From Candidatus Marinacidobacterales bacterium (lineage in GTDB: Bacteria; Acidobacteriota; Vicinamibacteria; Marinacidobacterales; DATDRI01): DNA of 64,000 nucleotides. The position numbers and the translations under genes were made by a program. How positions within the stretch are numbered: position 1 is the first letter of the stretch; each line of letters opens with the position of its first letter. Shown one piece after another: positions 1 to 10,950 of the stretch. The stretch is from positions 1,824,001 to 1,888,000 of the forward strand of contig OZ244742.1 in the NCBI GenBank assembly GCA_965219415.1. Direction: 5' to 3'. The notes under the pieces were generated by a model, which made no database searches, was not told the DNA's origin, and worked only from the letters and a program-made list of their open reading frames with translations.

Positions 1-1038
1 GTCACTTATGGAAACTTCCCAATAATGATCCACCCAGGTATGCACCCAAAAGCTCGAGCCATCCCAGAAATCGGAATCGAGGCCGTGGTCGCCGGTTCTT
101 CGCGGATCCAGGTAAATGAAACCGGTGAACTTGTAAGGCGTATAGGCGATGCGTGATTGGGCGGCTAGGATGGGAAACGGATCCTTAGGCCTCCGATGAA
201 TGCAGTCAATGCCGCTCAGATCGCGGACCTCCTTTATTTCGACGAGAACATCATCGTCGGGCTCGGGAGTGGGACCTTGCACGCGTGCTAGATACTTCTG
301 ATCGAGGGCACTCGCGACACCCATTCGCAAGCGACCCGCCTTGACGACGTCGAAATATTGCGGTGGCAGATCGGGATTATCATCGAGGATCACCTTGGAG
401 AAGAGGTCGATCGCGACTTGCCCCGGCAATTCTTTCAACGGCTCGGGCGTCATCAGAGAGTCGGCCCAGGCCAAAAGAGACCGGCGGTCGGAGTCGAAAC
501 TGGCGCGGATGCGGGCCACGATTTGTGGCTCGGGCGCGGTCGTCTCTGGGTCCTCGAGCGCCTCTCGGTACCCTCGTAGAAATTCCTCGACTAACTCCGC
601 CTCCTTGTCGAACCATCCCTTCTCTCCCGCGGCCAATTAGATGGAGACGGCGAAACGAACGATGTCCAATGCGGCGGGGCCGGTCGAGGCGTCGTCGAAG
701 TCGGTGAGGCCCCGACCCGACTCGGTCACCGAATACTGCTCGACGTGCGGATCACCATGGAGGTTCACGGTCGGCGTGCCCGCGAGCGCTTGCTCGAGCG
801 TCTCACACATGGCCTGGGCGAACCGCTTGTTGATGAACCGAAAATACTAGTAGGGGGACGAAACGATTCGTTTCAAGAGCTCGGGGTTCGCGCTGAAATC
901 ATAGGAATCGAGCGGAACGTAGAGGGCCGGCAAACGGCTCGCGTCGGCGTCGGTACCGTCGACATCCGAACCGGGAGTGCACTGAGTGATGATCAGTAAA
1001 GGCAATGCAAGCACGAGCTTCCGAGAGGCGGAAGGCAT
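1..1038 (-). pseudogene. DUF2252-like (kinase-fold) putative lipoprotein, interrupted by two in-frame stops; runs off the window start
   Basis: One continuous minus frame from ATG 1038 with TAG at 847-849 and TAA at 637-639; motifs NLHGDPHVEQY and LTDFDD; N-terminal hydrophobic stretch ending TQC. Confidence 0.6.
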
Positions 1039-1136
1039 AGCGAAGGAGTTTGTCGCAGTAGGAGTTCGACGTCAAACGCAGCCTGGGGGATAATGCCTCC
1101 GACTCGCGACATTTCGACAATCGAAGGAGACCGTGG

Positions 1137-3119
1137 ATGCCGTTCATGTTCAGCGTAATCGCTATGTTGTTGTTGGTTTCGAGCGGGTCGTTGGCCGCTC
1201 AGGAGGACCACGCCTGGCCGCGTGAGATTGAGGCGCCGGCGGCGAAGATCCTCGTTTACCAACCGCAGCCCGAAACGTTCAAGGGGGATCGCCTGACCGG
1301 CCGGGCGGCGGTCTCTGTGACACCGAAGGGAAAAACCGAGCCCGTCTTCGGCGCGATGTGGATCAATGCGAGAGTATCGACGGATCGTGACACTCGGATG
1401 GTCGACATTCTGGATGCCACAGTCGAGAACGTGAGGTTCCCGGAAGCGACGACCGAAGAGGAGGACAAGTTCAAGCGTCTGGTGGAGACGGAAGTTCCCA
1501 AATGGCAACTTGCCATCTCGCTCGATCGTCTCCTCGCCTCGCTGGAACTCGCGGACAAAGAAAAGATCGTTGCCGACAAGCTGAACATGACGCCGCCGGC
1601 GATCACGTTCTTCACCTACCCGGCGGTCTTGATCAGCATCGATGGTGCGCCCGAGCTCCGTGCTGTCGAGGACTCGACGATGATGCGCGTGGTGAACACG
1701 GCTTTTACGATCCTCCAGGATCCCGGCAGCAAAACCTACTATCTCTACGACGGCGTGAACTGGCGCAACGCAACGAACATCAAGGGCCCATGGCAAAAAG
1801 ACCCCAACCCTCCCAAGAAGGTGTCGGAGTTGACGCCGAAGCCAGAACCCGAGGAAGTCCTCCAGGACCCCAAAGACCAGCCCGCGGAGCCTGACGAGGC
1901 TGACGCGGAACCGCCCATCCTCATCGTGGCGACCGAGCCCGCCGAGCTGATCGTGTCGCAGGGTGAGCCTGAGTACTCTTCAATCGATGGTACCGACCTT
2001 CTCTATATGAGCAACACCGAGAGCAATGTCTTCAAAGAGATTGCTAGCCAACAGGACTACGTTCTCCTTTCGGGGCGGTGGTTCCGGAGCGAGTCCCTGA
2101 AAGGGCCCTGGACCAACGTCCCCTCCGATAAGTTGCCCGCTGATTTTGCGAAGATACCCCCGGAGTCCACCAAGGGAGACGTCCTGACGTTCGTAGCTGG
2201 AACTCAGCAGGCAAAGGACGCGATCATGGACGCCCACATTCCGCAGACCACGGCCGTCAAACGCAGCGGAGACAACACCGTGACGGTGAGCTATGACGGA
2301 TCACCGAGGTTCCAGAAAATCGAGGGCACCGAGGTGTCCTATGCGATCAACACCGACCAGGCTGTGTTTTCGATCGGCAGGGAGTACTACTGTGCCTACG
2401 CGGGCGTTTGGTACGTCTCGAATATGGTCTACGGCCCGTTCGAAGTCGCCACGTCCGTCCCCCGTGAGTTGATCGACGCCATCCCGCCGGAGAACCCGCA
2501 CTATAACGCCAAGTATATCTACATCTATGACTCCACTCCAGACGTCGTGTACGTCGGGTATACGCCTGGCTACACGACGACCTACGTGTACGGCGGCACC
2601 GTCGTATACGGAACGGGATACCACTACCCCGGTTGGTACGGACCGACGATGTACTACGCCTATCCCAGCACGTGGGGATTCCATGTTCGCTATCACCCTT
2701 ATGGCGGGTGGTCGTACGGGCTGAGTTACAGCACCGGCCGGTTCACGTTCGGAATCGGCTACTCGAGTCGCTGGTACCCGTACGGTTACCGCGGCGGTTG
2801 GTGGGGCCCCACCGGACGTTACGGTTACCGGGGTGGCTACGCTCGGGGCGCCCGCAACACGCCGCGACGTACCCCGGCGGGAACGTCGCGTCGCATGGCC
2901 GCCCCCGCGGGTGCGGGTAGGAACAACGTCTACGCCGACCGAAACGGAAACGTGCACCGCAACCAAAATGGCAACTGGCAGTCACGAAGCGGCGGCAGTT
3001 GGTCTGGAAGCAAGGGCTCCGGAAATCTGAACAACAACTATAGCTCCCGGCAGAGGGGCACCGCTCGCACCAATAGTTATCATCGGGGGGGCGGGGGCCG
3101 AGGCGGCGGCCGGCGCTAG
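1137..3119 (+). CDS. Secreted hypothetical protein with Tyr/Gly-rich region and Gly/Arg/Asn-rich tail
   Basis: 660-aa ORF, RBS GAAGGAG, signal peptide, low-complexity C-terminus. Confidence 0.8.
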   Translation: MPFMFSVIAMLLLVSSGSLAAQEDHAWPREIEAPAAKILVYQPQPETFKGDRLTGRAAVSVTPKGKTEPVFGAMWINARVSTDRDTRMVDILDATVENVRFPEATTEEEDKFKRLVETEVPKWQLAISLDRLLASLELADKEKIVADKLNMTPPAITFFTYPAVLISIDGAPELRAVEDSTMMRVVNTAFTILQDPGSKTYYLYDGVNWRNATNIKGPWQKDPNPPKKVSELTPKPEPEEVLQDPKDQPAEPDEADAEPPILIVATEPAELIVSQGEPEYSSIDGTDLLYMSNTESNVFKEIASQQDYVLLSGRWFRSESLKGPWTNVPSDKLPADFAKIPPESTKGDVLTFVAGTQQAKDAIMDAHIPQTTAVKRSGDNTVTVSYDGSPRFQKIEGTEVSYAINTDQAVFSIGREYYCAYAGVWYVSNMVYGPFEVATSVPRELIDAIPPENPHYNAKYIYIYDSTPDVVYVGYTPGYTTTYVYGGTVVYGTGYHYPGWYGPTMYYAYPSTWGFHVRYHPYGGWSYGLSYSTGRFTFGIGYSSRWYPYGYRGGWWGPTGRYGYRGGYARGARNTPRRTPAGTSRRMAAPAGAGRNNVYADRNGNVHRNQNGNWQSRSGGSWSGSKGSGNLNNNYSSRQRGTARTNSYHRGGGGRGGGRR

Positions 3120-3123
3120 TAGG

Positions 3124-3795
3124 CTACGGGCGGAGGGCGGCGGCGAAGTCGATCGACATTCGAAACGCGTCCTCCCCTGCTACGATCTGATCCACCGATA
3201 GCTCGTCGAATGTAAGGCGTCCGACGTTGCTGGCATAGGCGCTGGCGCGCTCGATGCCTTCCTTTAGTGGAACCCGCAACTGCTTCTCCAAAGTCCGTCT
3301 GATGAGCGGCGCCACGACCTTGAAGTAAGAGCTACCGGAGGATTCCACCGACAACTCGTTCAAGTACATCTCGCCCGCCGAATAGTCAGGCACGCCGCTG
3401 ATGTAGATATCGAAGTTGTCCCCGGCACCCACGCACTCACCCCGGACGCTCACCGCGGCCCGGCCGCTAAAGAGTAGCGTGATCCGCAGCCTTCCAGAGG
3501 CGGCGTCCACACGAGGTTCTTGAACGAAGGCGTACTTGCAGGGCGTGGACGGATCACCCTCCATGTAGAATCTTCCGCCGTCCGTCATCAGGTGGGTCAC
3601 GATGAGCCTTTCGATGCTCCGGTAGGCGATTTCAAACGTCCCGGCCACTACCGACTCGGGCGCCGCAACAATAAGAAGGGTCAACGCGAGAAGCGCGATG
3701 GGATTTGATCCACGGCCACTCCAACCACTACTATCGACGCGCTTTTGGCCAAGGAGGGGGGCAGTCTTGTCGACCACACCACAAGGAAACCGCAT
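3124..3795 (-). CDS. Hypothetical exported protein (start uncertain)
   Basis: ORF fills the gap between convergent and divergent neighbours; hydrophobic segment IALLALTLLIVAA. Confidence 0.6.
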   Translation of the reverse strand: MRFPCGVVDKTAPLLGQKRVDSSGWSGRGSNPIALLALTLLIVAAPESVVAGTFEIAYRSIERLIVTHLMTDGGRFYMEGDPSTPCKYAFVQEPRVDAASGRLRITLLFSGRAAVSVRGECVGAGDNFDIYISGVPDYSAGEMYLNELSVESSGSSYFKVVAPLIRRTLEKQLRVPLKEGIERASAYASNVGRLTFDELSVDQIVAGEDAFRMSIDFAAALRP

Positions 3796-6700
3796 GTCGA
3801 GTCTCCTTATAACGCTTTTCTCTTTCTTGCTGATTGGCACCACCGTTCTCGAGGAGGACGAATCCTGGGACATCGAGGCGGATCGAACGCCTTCCAAAGC
3901 CTTCATTTACCAAGCCACCGAAGGCACTTGGACCGGCGTCGACGTCTCTCCCGACGGTCGCCAGATCGTATTCGATCTCCTTGGACACATCTATATCATG
4001 CCCATCGGGGGCGGTCAGGCCACGGCGCTGACCCATGGCCGTTCCTGGAACGAGTTTCCACGGTATAGCCCGGATGGCAAGTCCCTCGCATTCACCTCGG
4101 ATCGAGGTGGCAGCGAAGACCTCTGGGTGATGACGCTTTCCGACTCGAGCCTCGAGAACGTCTCCCAGATGGACCTTCCGGTGTTCCAGGGAACCTGGTC
4201 CAAGAGCGGTCGCCACCTCTACGGTACGGGGCTCAACATCAAGGTGAGGTTCCCCGTCTATCAGTTCAATTTTTTCGGCACCCGCCAAGAATTGCTCCCC
4301 GCCGACGAGCGCGCCCCGGTGAGCCACCTGGTGCCTCATCCCACCGAAAACGTCCTCTACTTTGAGCACAACGACAAATCGCTTCCGGCCAGCGGTCCGC
4401 GCATCAAGAAATACGATCTCGCAACCGGAGAGACGTCGGTCTACATCGACCGGCCGGGGGGAGCCGCGAACCCGAGCATCTCTTCGGATGGAAAATATCT
4501 GGCATTCGTCCATCGGGACGATCAGAAGACCGTTTTGATGTTGCACGATCTGGAGACTCGGCAAGAAAAAGTTCTGTTCGACCGACTCGACCGAGGCCGC
4601 TTCGAGTCGCGAAGCTTCTACGGCTGCTATCCCAACATGGCATGGCATCCGAATGGACAGGAGATCTTCATTTCTTATGGGGGAACTATTCACGCTATCG
4701 ATATCGATTCGCGCGCGACACGAGTGATCCGCTTCGAGGCCGAGGTTCGGCGGAAGATCGACGAAACGATACGTTTCCCTGTCGACGTACTGGATGAAAC
4801 GACTCGCACCCGTGCCCATCGATGGGCCCAACGAACCCCCGAAGGAATCCTGTTCGAAGCATTGGGCGACTTGTATCTGAAGTCCGGGGACGCGCTCCAG
4901 AATCTCACCGAATCGGCTTCCCATGAAACGAACCCGGTCTACGATCGATCCTCGGGACAGGTCTTCTACGCCTCTTGGAACGACGACGACCTGGGTGGCA
5001 TCTACTCTTTGGTGCCGGAAGGTGGCTCGCCATTGAAGCTCACGACGATTCCCTCGCAGTACGGCTCGCTGGCCTTATCTTCGGACGGCGAGACGTTAGC
5101 CTACGTGCGCGGGCGGGGCGATCTCATCAATGGAACCAAACTCGAGAACCAAACGCGATTTGAATTGCTGACTTTAAATGAAGGACGGGAGCAAAAGGTC
5201 ACCGACATCGATTGGACCAGGAATCGATATGGGAAACGTCCTCCTACGGTTCTTTTTTCGCCGAACGACGAGTTGATCTACTTCACCGAGTATGTCGAAG
5301 ATGCCCTAACACTCAAGAGCATTCATCCTAACGGACTTGGTGAGAAAACGCTTTACACTTTCTCGAACGCCACACGGGCCATCGTCTCTCCCGACGTAAG
5401 GTGGATCGCCTACCGCGAGTACCACCGGACCTACGTGACGCCCTTCGAGTACGCGGGACAGCCCGTCACCATCAGCGCCGCCGACGACAAAGGATTCAAC
5501 AAACGCGTGGACCCGAAGGATGGAGACTTCACCGAGTGGACGCCAAAGTCCGACGCGCTCTACTGGACTCGCGGGCGTTATCTCTACGAGAAGGCACTCG
5601 AGAACGTCCTGGCGGGAACAGAGACGGCACAGAAGAGCGACCTCTCCATGGAGCTCGAGGTCGCGGCCCCGGAGTCCGTGATCGCAGTCAAGGGAGTACG
5701 GGTCTTGACCATGAACAGCGATCGGGACGTCATCGAAGACGCAACCCTCTTGATCCGACGGAATCGGATCGAGGCGGTCGGAACAGACATCGAGATACCG
5801 AGCGATGCGAAGGTCTACGATCTGGTCGGCGACACCGTGATGCCGGGCATTTTCGATGCGCACGGCCACTACGGCAGTCGGATCTCGCCCCTCAACGTCA
5901 TCGAGCAACGGCTCTATGGCCTGCGGGCCAATCTAGCTTACGGTGTCACGACGATGTTCGACGTCTACGGGACGACGCAGAAGGACTTTTGGGTGTCCGA
6001 CATGCTGCGAGCGGGTTCTCTAGTCGGTCCGCGCATTTTCTCGGTCGGCGATCCCATCTTTGTCACCAAGTACCGCACGAAGATGCACCGCCCCATCGAG
6101 TCCTTGGAAGATGCGCTGGAGCATGCTCGCTTCAACAAAGATCACGGCGCCACAACCTTGAAGGACTATTCCAACCACACCCGCGCCGCCCGCCAGAAGC
6201 TGGCCGCCGCCGCCCGCCAGGAGGGACTCAATCTCGTGACCGAATCCTTCGCCAACCCGTCGATGAACTTGACGCAGTTGATAGACGGTTTCACCGGCAT
6301 CGAGCACACCATGGGGCTCACTCCCCTTTATGACGACGTCCTTCAGTTCTTCGCCGCTACCGAGGTCGGCATGACACCCACGCTCATCGTGGTCTACGAC
6401 GGCCCCTCGGGAGAGCGATACTTCCACCAATCGGAACGCCTCTGGGAGGAGCCGAAGCTTCTCAACTTCTTCCGCAAGGACGAGCTCCTTCGCCTGCGTC
6501 GGCCGACCCACTATTGGGACGACGACTTCTCGCACAAAATCATGGCGCGGGAGGTACGCAAACTCTACCAAGCAGGCGTTTCCCTCCAGATGGGCGCTCA
6601 TGGGCAGATGATGGGACTGGGCGCACATTGGGAGATGGAGCTTTTCGTCCACGGCGGCTTCACCCCGATGGAGGCTCTCGAGATCGCGACTATCAACGGC

Positions 6701-6922
6701 TTCAAGCACCAGGGACTCGACCGCGAGCTCGGGTCGCTCGAGCCGGGAAAACTAGCCGACCTGGTTATCCTGGAGGAGAACCCGCTGGATGACATCCGTA
6801 ACACGCGCTCCATCCGGTATGTCGTGAAGAATGGCGTCGTCTACAGCGGCGAAGACGCATCCCGGGTGTATCCCGACCCTCAGCCTGCGCGGTCGCTCTA
6901 CTTCAAAGAAAGGACTCCCTGA
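3794..6922 (+). CDS. TolB/PD40 beta-propeller plus amidohydrolase domain protein
   Basis: SPDG repeats in N-half; DAHGH metal motif and GSLEPGKLADLVIL in C-half; signal peptide from ATG 3794 with RBS AAGGA. Confidence 0.88.
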   Translation: MSSLLITLFSFLLIGTTVLEEDESWDIEADRTPSKAFIYQATEGTWTGVDVSPDGRQIVFDLLGHIYIMPIGGGQATALTHGRSWNEFPRYSPDGKSLAFTSDRGGSEDLWVMTLSDSSLENVSQMDLPVFQGTWSKSGRHLYGTGLNIKVRFPVYQFNFFGTRQELLPADERAPVSHLVPHPTENVLYFEHNDKSLPASGPRIKKYDLATGETSVYIDRPGGAANPSISSDGKYLAFVHRDDQKTVLMLHDLETRQEKVLFDRLDRGRFESRSFYGCYPNMAWHPNGQEIFISYGGTIHAIDIDSRATRVIRFEAEVRRKIDETIRFPVDVLDETTRTRAHRWAQRTPEGILFEALGDLYLKSGDALQNLTESASHETNPVYDRSSGQVFYASWNDDDLGGIYSLVPEGGSPLKLTTIPSQYGSLALSSDGETLAYVRGRGDLINGTKLENQTRFELLTLNEGREQKVTDIDWTRNRYGKRPPTVLFSPNDELIYFTEYVEDALTLKSIHPNGLGEKTLYTFSNATRAIVSPDVRWIAYREYHRTYVTPFEYAGQPVTISAADDKGFNKRVDPKDGDFTEWTPKSDALYWTRGRYLYEKALENVLAGTETAQKSDLSMELEVAAPESVIAVKGVRVLTMNSDRDVIEDATLLIRRNRIEAVGTDIEIPSDAKVYDLVGDTVMPGIFDAHGHYGSRISPLNVIEQRLYGLRANLAYGVTTMFDVYGTTQKDFWVSDMLRAGSLVGPRIFSVGDPIFVTKYRTKMHRPIESLEDALEHARFNKDHGATTLKDYSNHTRAARQKLAAAARQEGLNLVTESFANPSMNLTQLIDGFTGIEHTMGLTPLYDDVLQFFAATEVGMTPTLIVVYDGPSGERYFHQSERLWEEPKLLNFFRKDELLRLRRPTHYWDDDFSHKIMAREVRKLYQAGVSLQMGAHGQMMGLGAHWEMELFVHGGFTPMEALEIATINGFKHQGLDRELGSLEPGKLADLVILEENPLDDIRNTRSIRYVVKNGVVYSGEDASRVYPDPQPARSLYFKERTP

Positions 6923-6978
6923 ACGAAGATGGCTCAGCGCGGGGGGAGACCACGATGGTTCTGAGAGGAAAGACGGGT

Positions 6979-8841
6979 ATGAACGACAAGGACCAGTTTC
7001 TGGGAATGGACCGCTCCATCACCAGGCGGGATTTTCTCCAGGGGGTCGCGTTGAGCATAGCCGCGTCCCGGATGGGACGAGCCCAAACCACGCCACCCAC
7101 TTCCTATCCCCCGCTTCTTCATGGCTTGCGCGGACAAGACCCGAGCTCGACCGAGCTCGGTCACCGCATCCGCAACGGCAAAACCGAAATTCCAACCGAC
7201 GTGGTGGACACCGGGGAGCGCTACGACCTCATCGTTCTAGGAGCGGGCCTCGCCGGTCTCTGCTCCAGCTATGTCTATCACCGTGAGAGAAACAGCGCGC
7301 GCATTCTCCTCTTAGATAATCAGGACGATTTCGGCGGCCACGCCCGTCGCAACACATTCGAATGGAATGGGGCGACCTTGATAGCACCGGGAGGCACGTA
7401 CGCCCTCGAGAACCCTGAAGGCTCGCCGCGGGGCGCGAAGGAGATCCTGGAAAGCCTCCAGATCGACCTCGACCTCCTCGAAGGCTATCGAGATCGGAAC
7501 TTCATCAGACGCTATGGACTCTCCGATGCCGTTTTCTTCGATCCCAGGACATACCCTGGCATCCAACCCACTTGGGTGAACCAGTTCTCCGACATACCCT
7601 ACCGGGAGTTTTTTCGCCGTTCCGGGATTCCCCAAGACGCGCAGCGTGAGCTCGCGAGTCTCTACACGTCGCGGAGAATGTACATTACTGGACCCGAGCG
7701 GGAGACGACACTCGCCGGCATGACGTGGGAGCAGTTCATTCGCGAGACCATGGGGTTGGGGGACAACGCGGTCCGATTCGCGAATCTCTACTCCACCGAC
7801 CTCGTCGGGCTCGGTTGCGATGCGGTGTCGGCGCTCGACGGATTCGAGATCGGTCCAGGCTTTTCCGGTATGGGAGGTCCAGGGTTCGTCGATAGGAACG
7901 GAATCCCGCGTTACGGCTACCGACCGGTGCACCGCTTTCCAGACGGCAATCACACCATCGCGCGCCTTTTGCTCAGGAGAATTCTTCCCGCCGCGGTCCC
8001 CGTGGAGGCCGCGGAAGACGAGACCGAAGACACGATGGCCCCCGTCTTCAACAGCCACATCCGCTACGACCAGCTCGACCGGCCGGAGCATCGGGTGCGG
8101 GTACGCTTGCGTTCCTTGGTCATCCGGGTCGAGCAGATTGACAACGGCCAACGCGTCGCCGTCTACTACACACAGCCCGACGGCCGCGTGCATCGCGTGA
8201 CGGCTCGCGGGGTGATCGTCGCTGCCTGGGGAATGGTCGCAAAACACATCGTGCCCGAGCTGTCCGCGGAACAAAAGAGTGCCCTGGAACAGTATCGATA
8301 TTGTTCGGCGCTCTACATCAATGTATTGCTGAAGCACTGGCGCCCCATCGCCGATCTCGGCGCATTCCGAATGCAATGGCCGGACGGTTATTGCACTTGG
8401 ATGCACGTTTCGGATCCTCTGGCGGTGGGCGACTACCAACCCGAGTACCATCCGGAGAAGCCGACCGTCTTGTCGATGTACAAGTACCTCTACACGCCGG
8501 GGCTCCCGCCCAGCGATCAAATGAAGCTCGGGCGTTACGAAATGGAGCGCAAGTCTTTCGAAGACTACGAGCGCGAGATACGATCCGAGCTGAACCATGC
8601 GCTCGGCCCGTGGGGTTTCGACGCGGCCAAGGACATCCTGGCCATCACTGTCAATCGATGGGGACACGGTTACAACTTTTTCCAACCCCGGCCGGGTGAA
8701 GAGAAGCCACCTTACGAGATTGGCCGGCGTCGGGTGGGCCGGATCTCCTTCGCGGGTGCCGATGCGGGTGGAAGTCCTTGGACGCAGGAAGCCCTGCAAC
8801 ACGGTCGGCGAGCCGCCTACGAGCAGCTCAGTCGAGCCTGA
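6979..8841 (+). CDS. Tat-exported FAD-dependent oxidoreductase, spermidine dehydrogenase (SpdH)-like
   Basis: ITRRDFL Tat motif, GAGLAG FAD motif, DNQDDFGGHARRN, ITVNRWGHGY. Confidence 0.8.
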   Translation: MNDKDQFLGMDRSITRRDFLQGVALSIAASRMGRAQTTPPTSYPPLLHGLRGQDPSSTELGHRIRNGKTEIPTDVVDTGERYDLIVLGAGLAGLCSSYVYHRERNSARILLLDNQDDFGGHARRNTFEWNGATLIAPGGTYALENPEGSPRGAKEILESLQIDLDLLEGYRDRNFIRRYGLSDAVFFDPRTYPGIQPTWVNQFSDIPYREFFRRSGIPQDAQRELASLYTSRRMYITGPERETTLAGMTWEQFIRETMGLGDNAVRFANLYSTDLVGLGCDAVSALDGFEIGPGFSGMGGPGFVDRNGIPRYGYRPVHRFPDGNHTIARLLLRRILPAAVPVEAAEDETEDTMAPVFNSHIRYDQLDRPEHRVRVRLRSLVIRVEQIDNGQRVAVYYTQPDGRVHRVTARGVIVAAWGMVAKHIVPELSAEQKSALEQYRYCSALYINVLLKHWRPIADLGAFRMQWPDGYCTWMHVSDPLAVGDYQPEYHPEKPTVLSMYKYLYTPGLPPSDQMKLGRYEMERKSFEDYEREIRSELNHALGPWGFDAAKDILAITVNRWGHGYNFFQPRPGEEKPPYEIGRRRVGRISFAGADAGGSPWTQEALQHGRRAAYEQLSRA

Positions 8842-8884
8842 GCGTTCTCGTCGGAGGCTGAGCCGCGACCTGAAGGGAGGCACA

Positions 8885-9694
8885 GTGGTCACGCAGCAAG
8901 AGAAAGCGGACCGGTTCAAGAAACTACACGAACAAGCTGGGGCCTTCGTCATTCCCAATCCGTGGGACGCTGGCTCGGCACGCATGCTGGAGGGGTTAGG
9001 CTTTCAAGCCCTGGCGACCACAAGCTCCGGGTTTGCTAATACCCTCGGCCGGCTCGACGGACAGGTCACTCTCGACGAGAAGCTCGAACACTGCCGCTCC
9101 ATTTGCCGAGCGACGAGTGTGCCCGTGAACGCGGACCTGGAGAATGGCTTTGCCGATGACCCCGAGACCGCGGCACGAACCATGGTGCGAGCCGCGGAAG
9201 CAGGAGTGGCTGGCGGGTCCATCGAAGACTACAGCGGCGAGGCGATCTACGATTTTGAACTGGCGGTGGAGCGCGTGCAGGCGGCGGCCGAAGCGACTCA
9301 TGCTATGGAAACACCGTTTATGTTGACCGCGCGCGCCGAAAACTTGCTCCGAGGCCGTGACGAGCTGGACGACACGATAAGGCGCCTGCAAGCGTTCGAG
9401 GCTGTAGGCGCCGACGTGCTCTACGCACCCGGTCTGAAAACTCTCGACGAAGTACAGACGGTCACGAGCGCCGTTAGCAAACCCGTGAACGTGCTGGCGG
9501 TCATGGTGAAGGGGGCCACGGTGGATGAGCTGGCATCCGCCGGTGCTAAGCGCCTCAGCATCGGGGGGGCGCTCGCTTCGGCGAGCCTTGCCCCTTTGCT
9601 CCAGGCGGGACGAGAAATGTTGGAGGCGGGAAGTTTCGGCTGGCTCTCCGACCGGGCATCGGCCAGTGATCTCGAACGGCTGCTGGGCCCCTAG
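8885..9694 (+). CDS. Isocitrate lyase/PEP mutase family protein
   Basis: PNPWDAGSAR, ATTSSG, DLENGF, GSIED; GTG start after GGGAGG. Confidence 0.88.
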   Translation: MVTQQEKADRFKKLHEQAGAFVIPNPWDAGSARMLEGLGFQALATTSSGFANTLGRLDGQVTLDEKLEHCRSICRATSVPVNADLENGFADDPETAARTMVRAAEAGVAGGSIEDYSGEAIYDFELAVERVQAAAEATHAMETPFMLTARAENLLRGRDELDDTIRRLQAFEAVGADVLYAPGLKTLDEVQTVTSAVSKPVNVLAVMVKGATVDELASAGAKRLSIGGALASASLAPLLQAGREMLEAGSFGWLSDRASASDLERLLGP

Positions 9695-9705
9695 TGTCCC
9701 CTCAC

Positions 9706-10329
9706 ATGCCGAACAGACTCACCACTCTGCGAAAACATCAACGATCGCTCGCCGCTTGCGACCGCTGTCCCAAGATGCAAGGGCCGGTCGTGCTGGGCAA
9801 CCCGGTGGTGTCCAAAGTGCTCCTTCTGGGACAGGCGCCCGGATTCAAAGAGATAGAAGTTCACAAACCCTTTGCCTGGACCGCGGGTAAGACCATGTTC
9901 GGCTGGTTCGCGAGTATCGGCCTCGACGAAGAAAGCTTCCGCCATCGTGTCTATATGGCAGCGGTGTGTCGTTGTTTCCCTGGGAAGAACCCGAAGGGCG
10001 GCGACCGGGTACCGAATCCCGAGGAAATCGCGAACTGTGCGTCTTGGTTGGAGGCTGAAGTCAAATTGCTCGAGCCTGAGCTGGTGATACCCGTCGGCAA
10101 GCTCGCCATCGAACGTTTGATGCTCGTTGAAAAGCTAAAGGATATTGTAGGGCAGAAGTACCGGCTCGACCTGCACGGAGTACGAACCGATGTCATTCCC
10201 TTGCCGCACCCCTCCGGCGCGTCTACGTGGCACCGAACGGAACCGGGAAAAACGCTGCTTCAACAAGCGTTGAGTCGAATCCGGAAACATCCCGCCTGGA
10301 CGGCGCTGGAAGGCGGTAGAGTGTCGTAG
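9706..10329 (+). CDS. Uracil-DNA glycosylase family protein (Fe-S type)
   Basis: CxxC near N-terminus, GQAPG, RCFPG, LPHPSGAS. Confidence 0.85.
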   Translation: MPNRLTTLRKHQRSLAACDRCPKMQGPVVLGNPVVSKVLLLGQAPGFKEIEVHKPFAWTAGKTMFGWFASIGLDEESFRHRVYMAAVCRCFPGKNPKGGDRVPNPEEIANCASWLEAEVKLLEPELVIPVGKLAIERLMLVEKLKDIVGQKYRLDLHGVRTDVIPLPHPSGASTWHRTEPGKTLLQQALSRIRKHPAWTALEGGRVS

Positions 10330-10377
10330 TCGAGCTCTTGGAGGACTCGACTGGTGTTTGGTACTGGAGGAAATTCT

Positions 10378-10902
10378 ATGCGACTTTCTTATATTGTTAT
10401 CGTAGCTGTCACGTTTGGCCTCACGAGCTGCAGGCCAGCCCCCGATACTGCCGCCCAAGTCCCGGAGTCTGTTTTCTTCTTGGTGCGGCATGCCGAAAAG
10501 GTCGATGAAAGTGAAGACCCGCCGCTGTCCGAGGTGGGCCACCAAATAGCGCAAACGTTGGCATCCCTCTTACGTGACGCTCGAATCGAGAGAATCTACA
10601 GCTCTGATTTCGTCCGCACCCGCGATACCGCCACCCCCTTGGTTGAAGATCTCGGAATCGAATTGAGTCTGTATGACCCCGGCAACCTCGATGAGCTAGT
10701 GAAGGAGCTCCTGTTGGTGCCCGGCCGCTATCTAGTCGTGGGGCACGGCGACACTACGCCGGAGTTGGCGCAATTGCTTGGCGCCGAGCCGGGCTCGGAC
10801 ATCGCCCGGAACGAGTATGATCGCCTCTACGTGCTGGTTCGTCGTCCCGGGTTGGGCACCACGGAGACTTTGCTGCGATTTGATACGGCTCTGCAAGAAT
10901 GA
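10378..10902 (+). CDS. Histidine phosphatase (SixA/phosphoglycerate mutase superfamily) lipoprotein
   Basis: VRHAEK, SSDFVRTRDT, VVGH motifs; lipobox LTSC; RBS GGAGG. Confidence 0.82.
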   Translation: MRLSYIVIVAVTFGLTSCRPAPDTAAQVPESVFFLVRHAEKVDESEDPPLSEVGHQIAQTLASLLRDARIERIYSSDFVRTRDTATPLVEDLGIELSLYDPGNLDELVKELLLVPGRYLVVGHGDTTPELAQLLGAEPGSDIARNEYDRLYVLVRRPGLGTTETLLRFDTALQE

Positions 10903-10950
10903 AGATCGCCGAGAAAAATAATTCACTTTTTTCTTGACAGCTTAATCGCG

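Noticed and set aside
7312-8985. Long antisense or alternate-frame ORFs (this one, 3731-4924, 17207-18304, 19215-20042 and similar)
   Set aside because: Shadows of well-supported genes, expected in high-GC DNA
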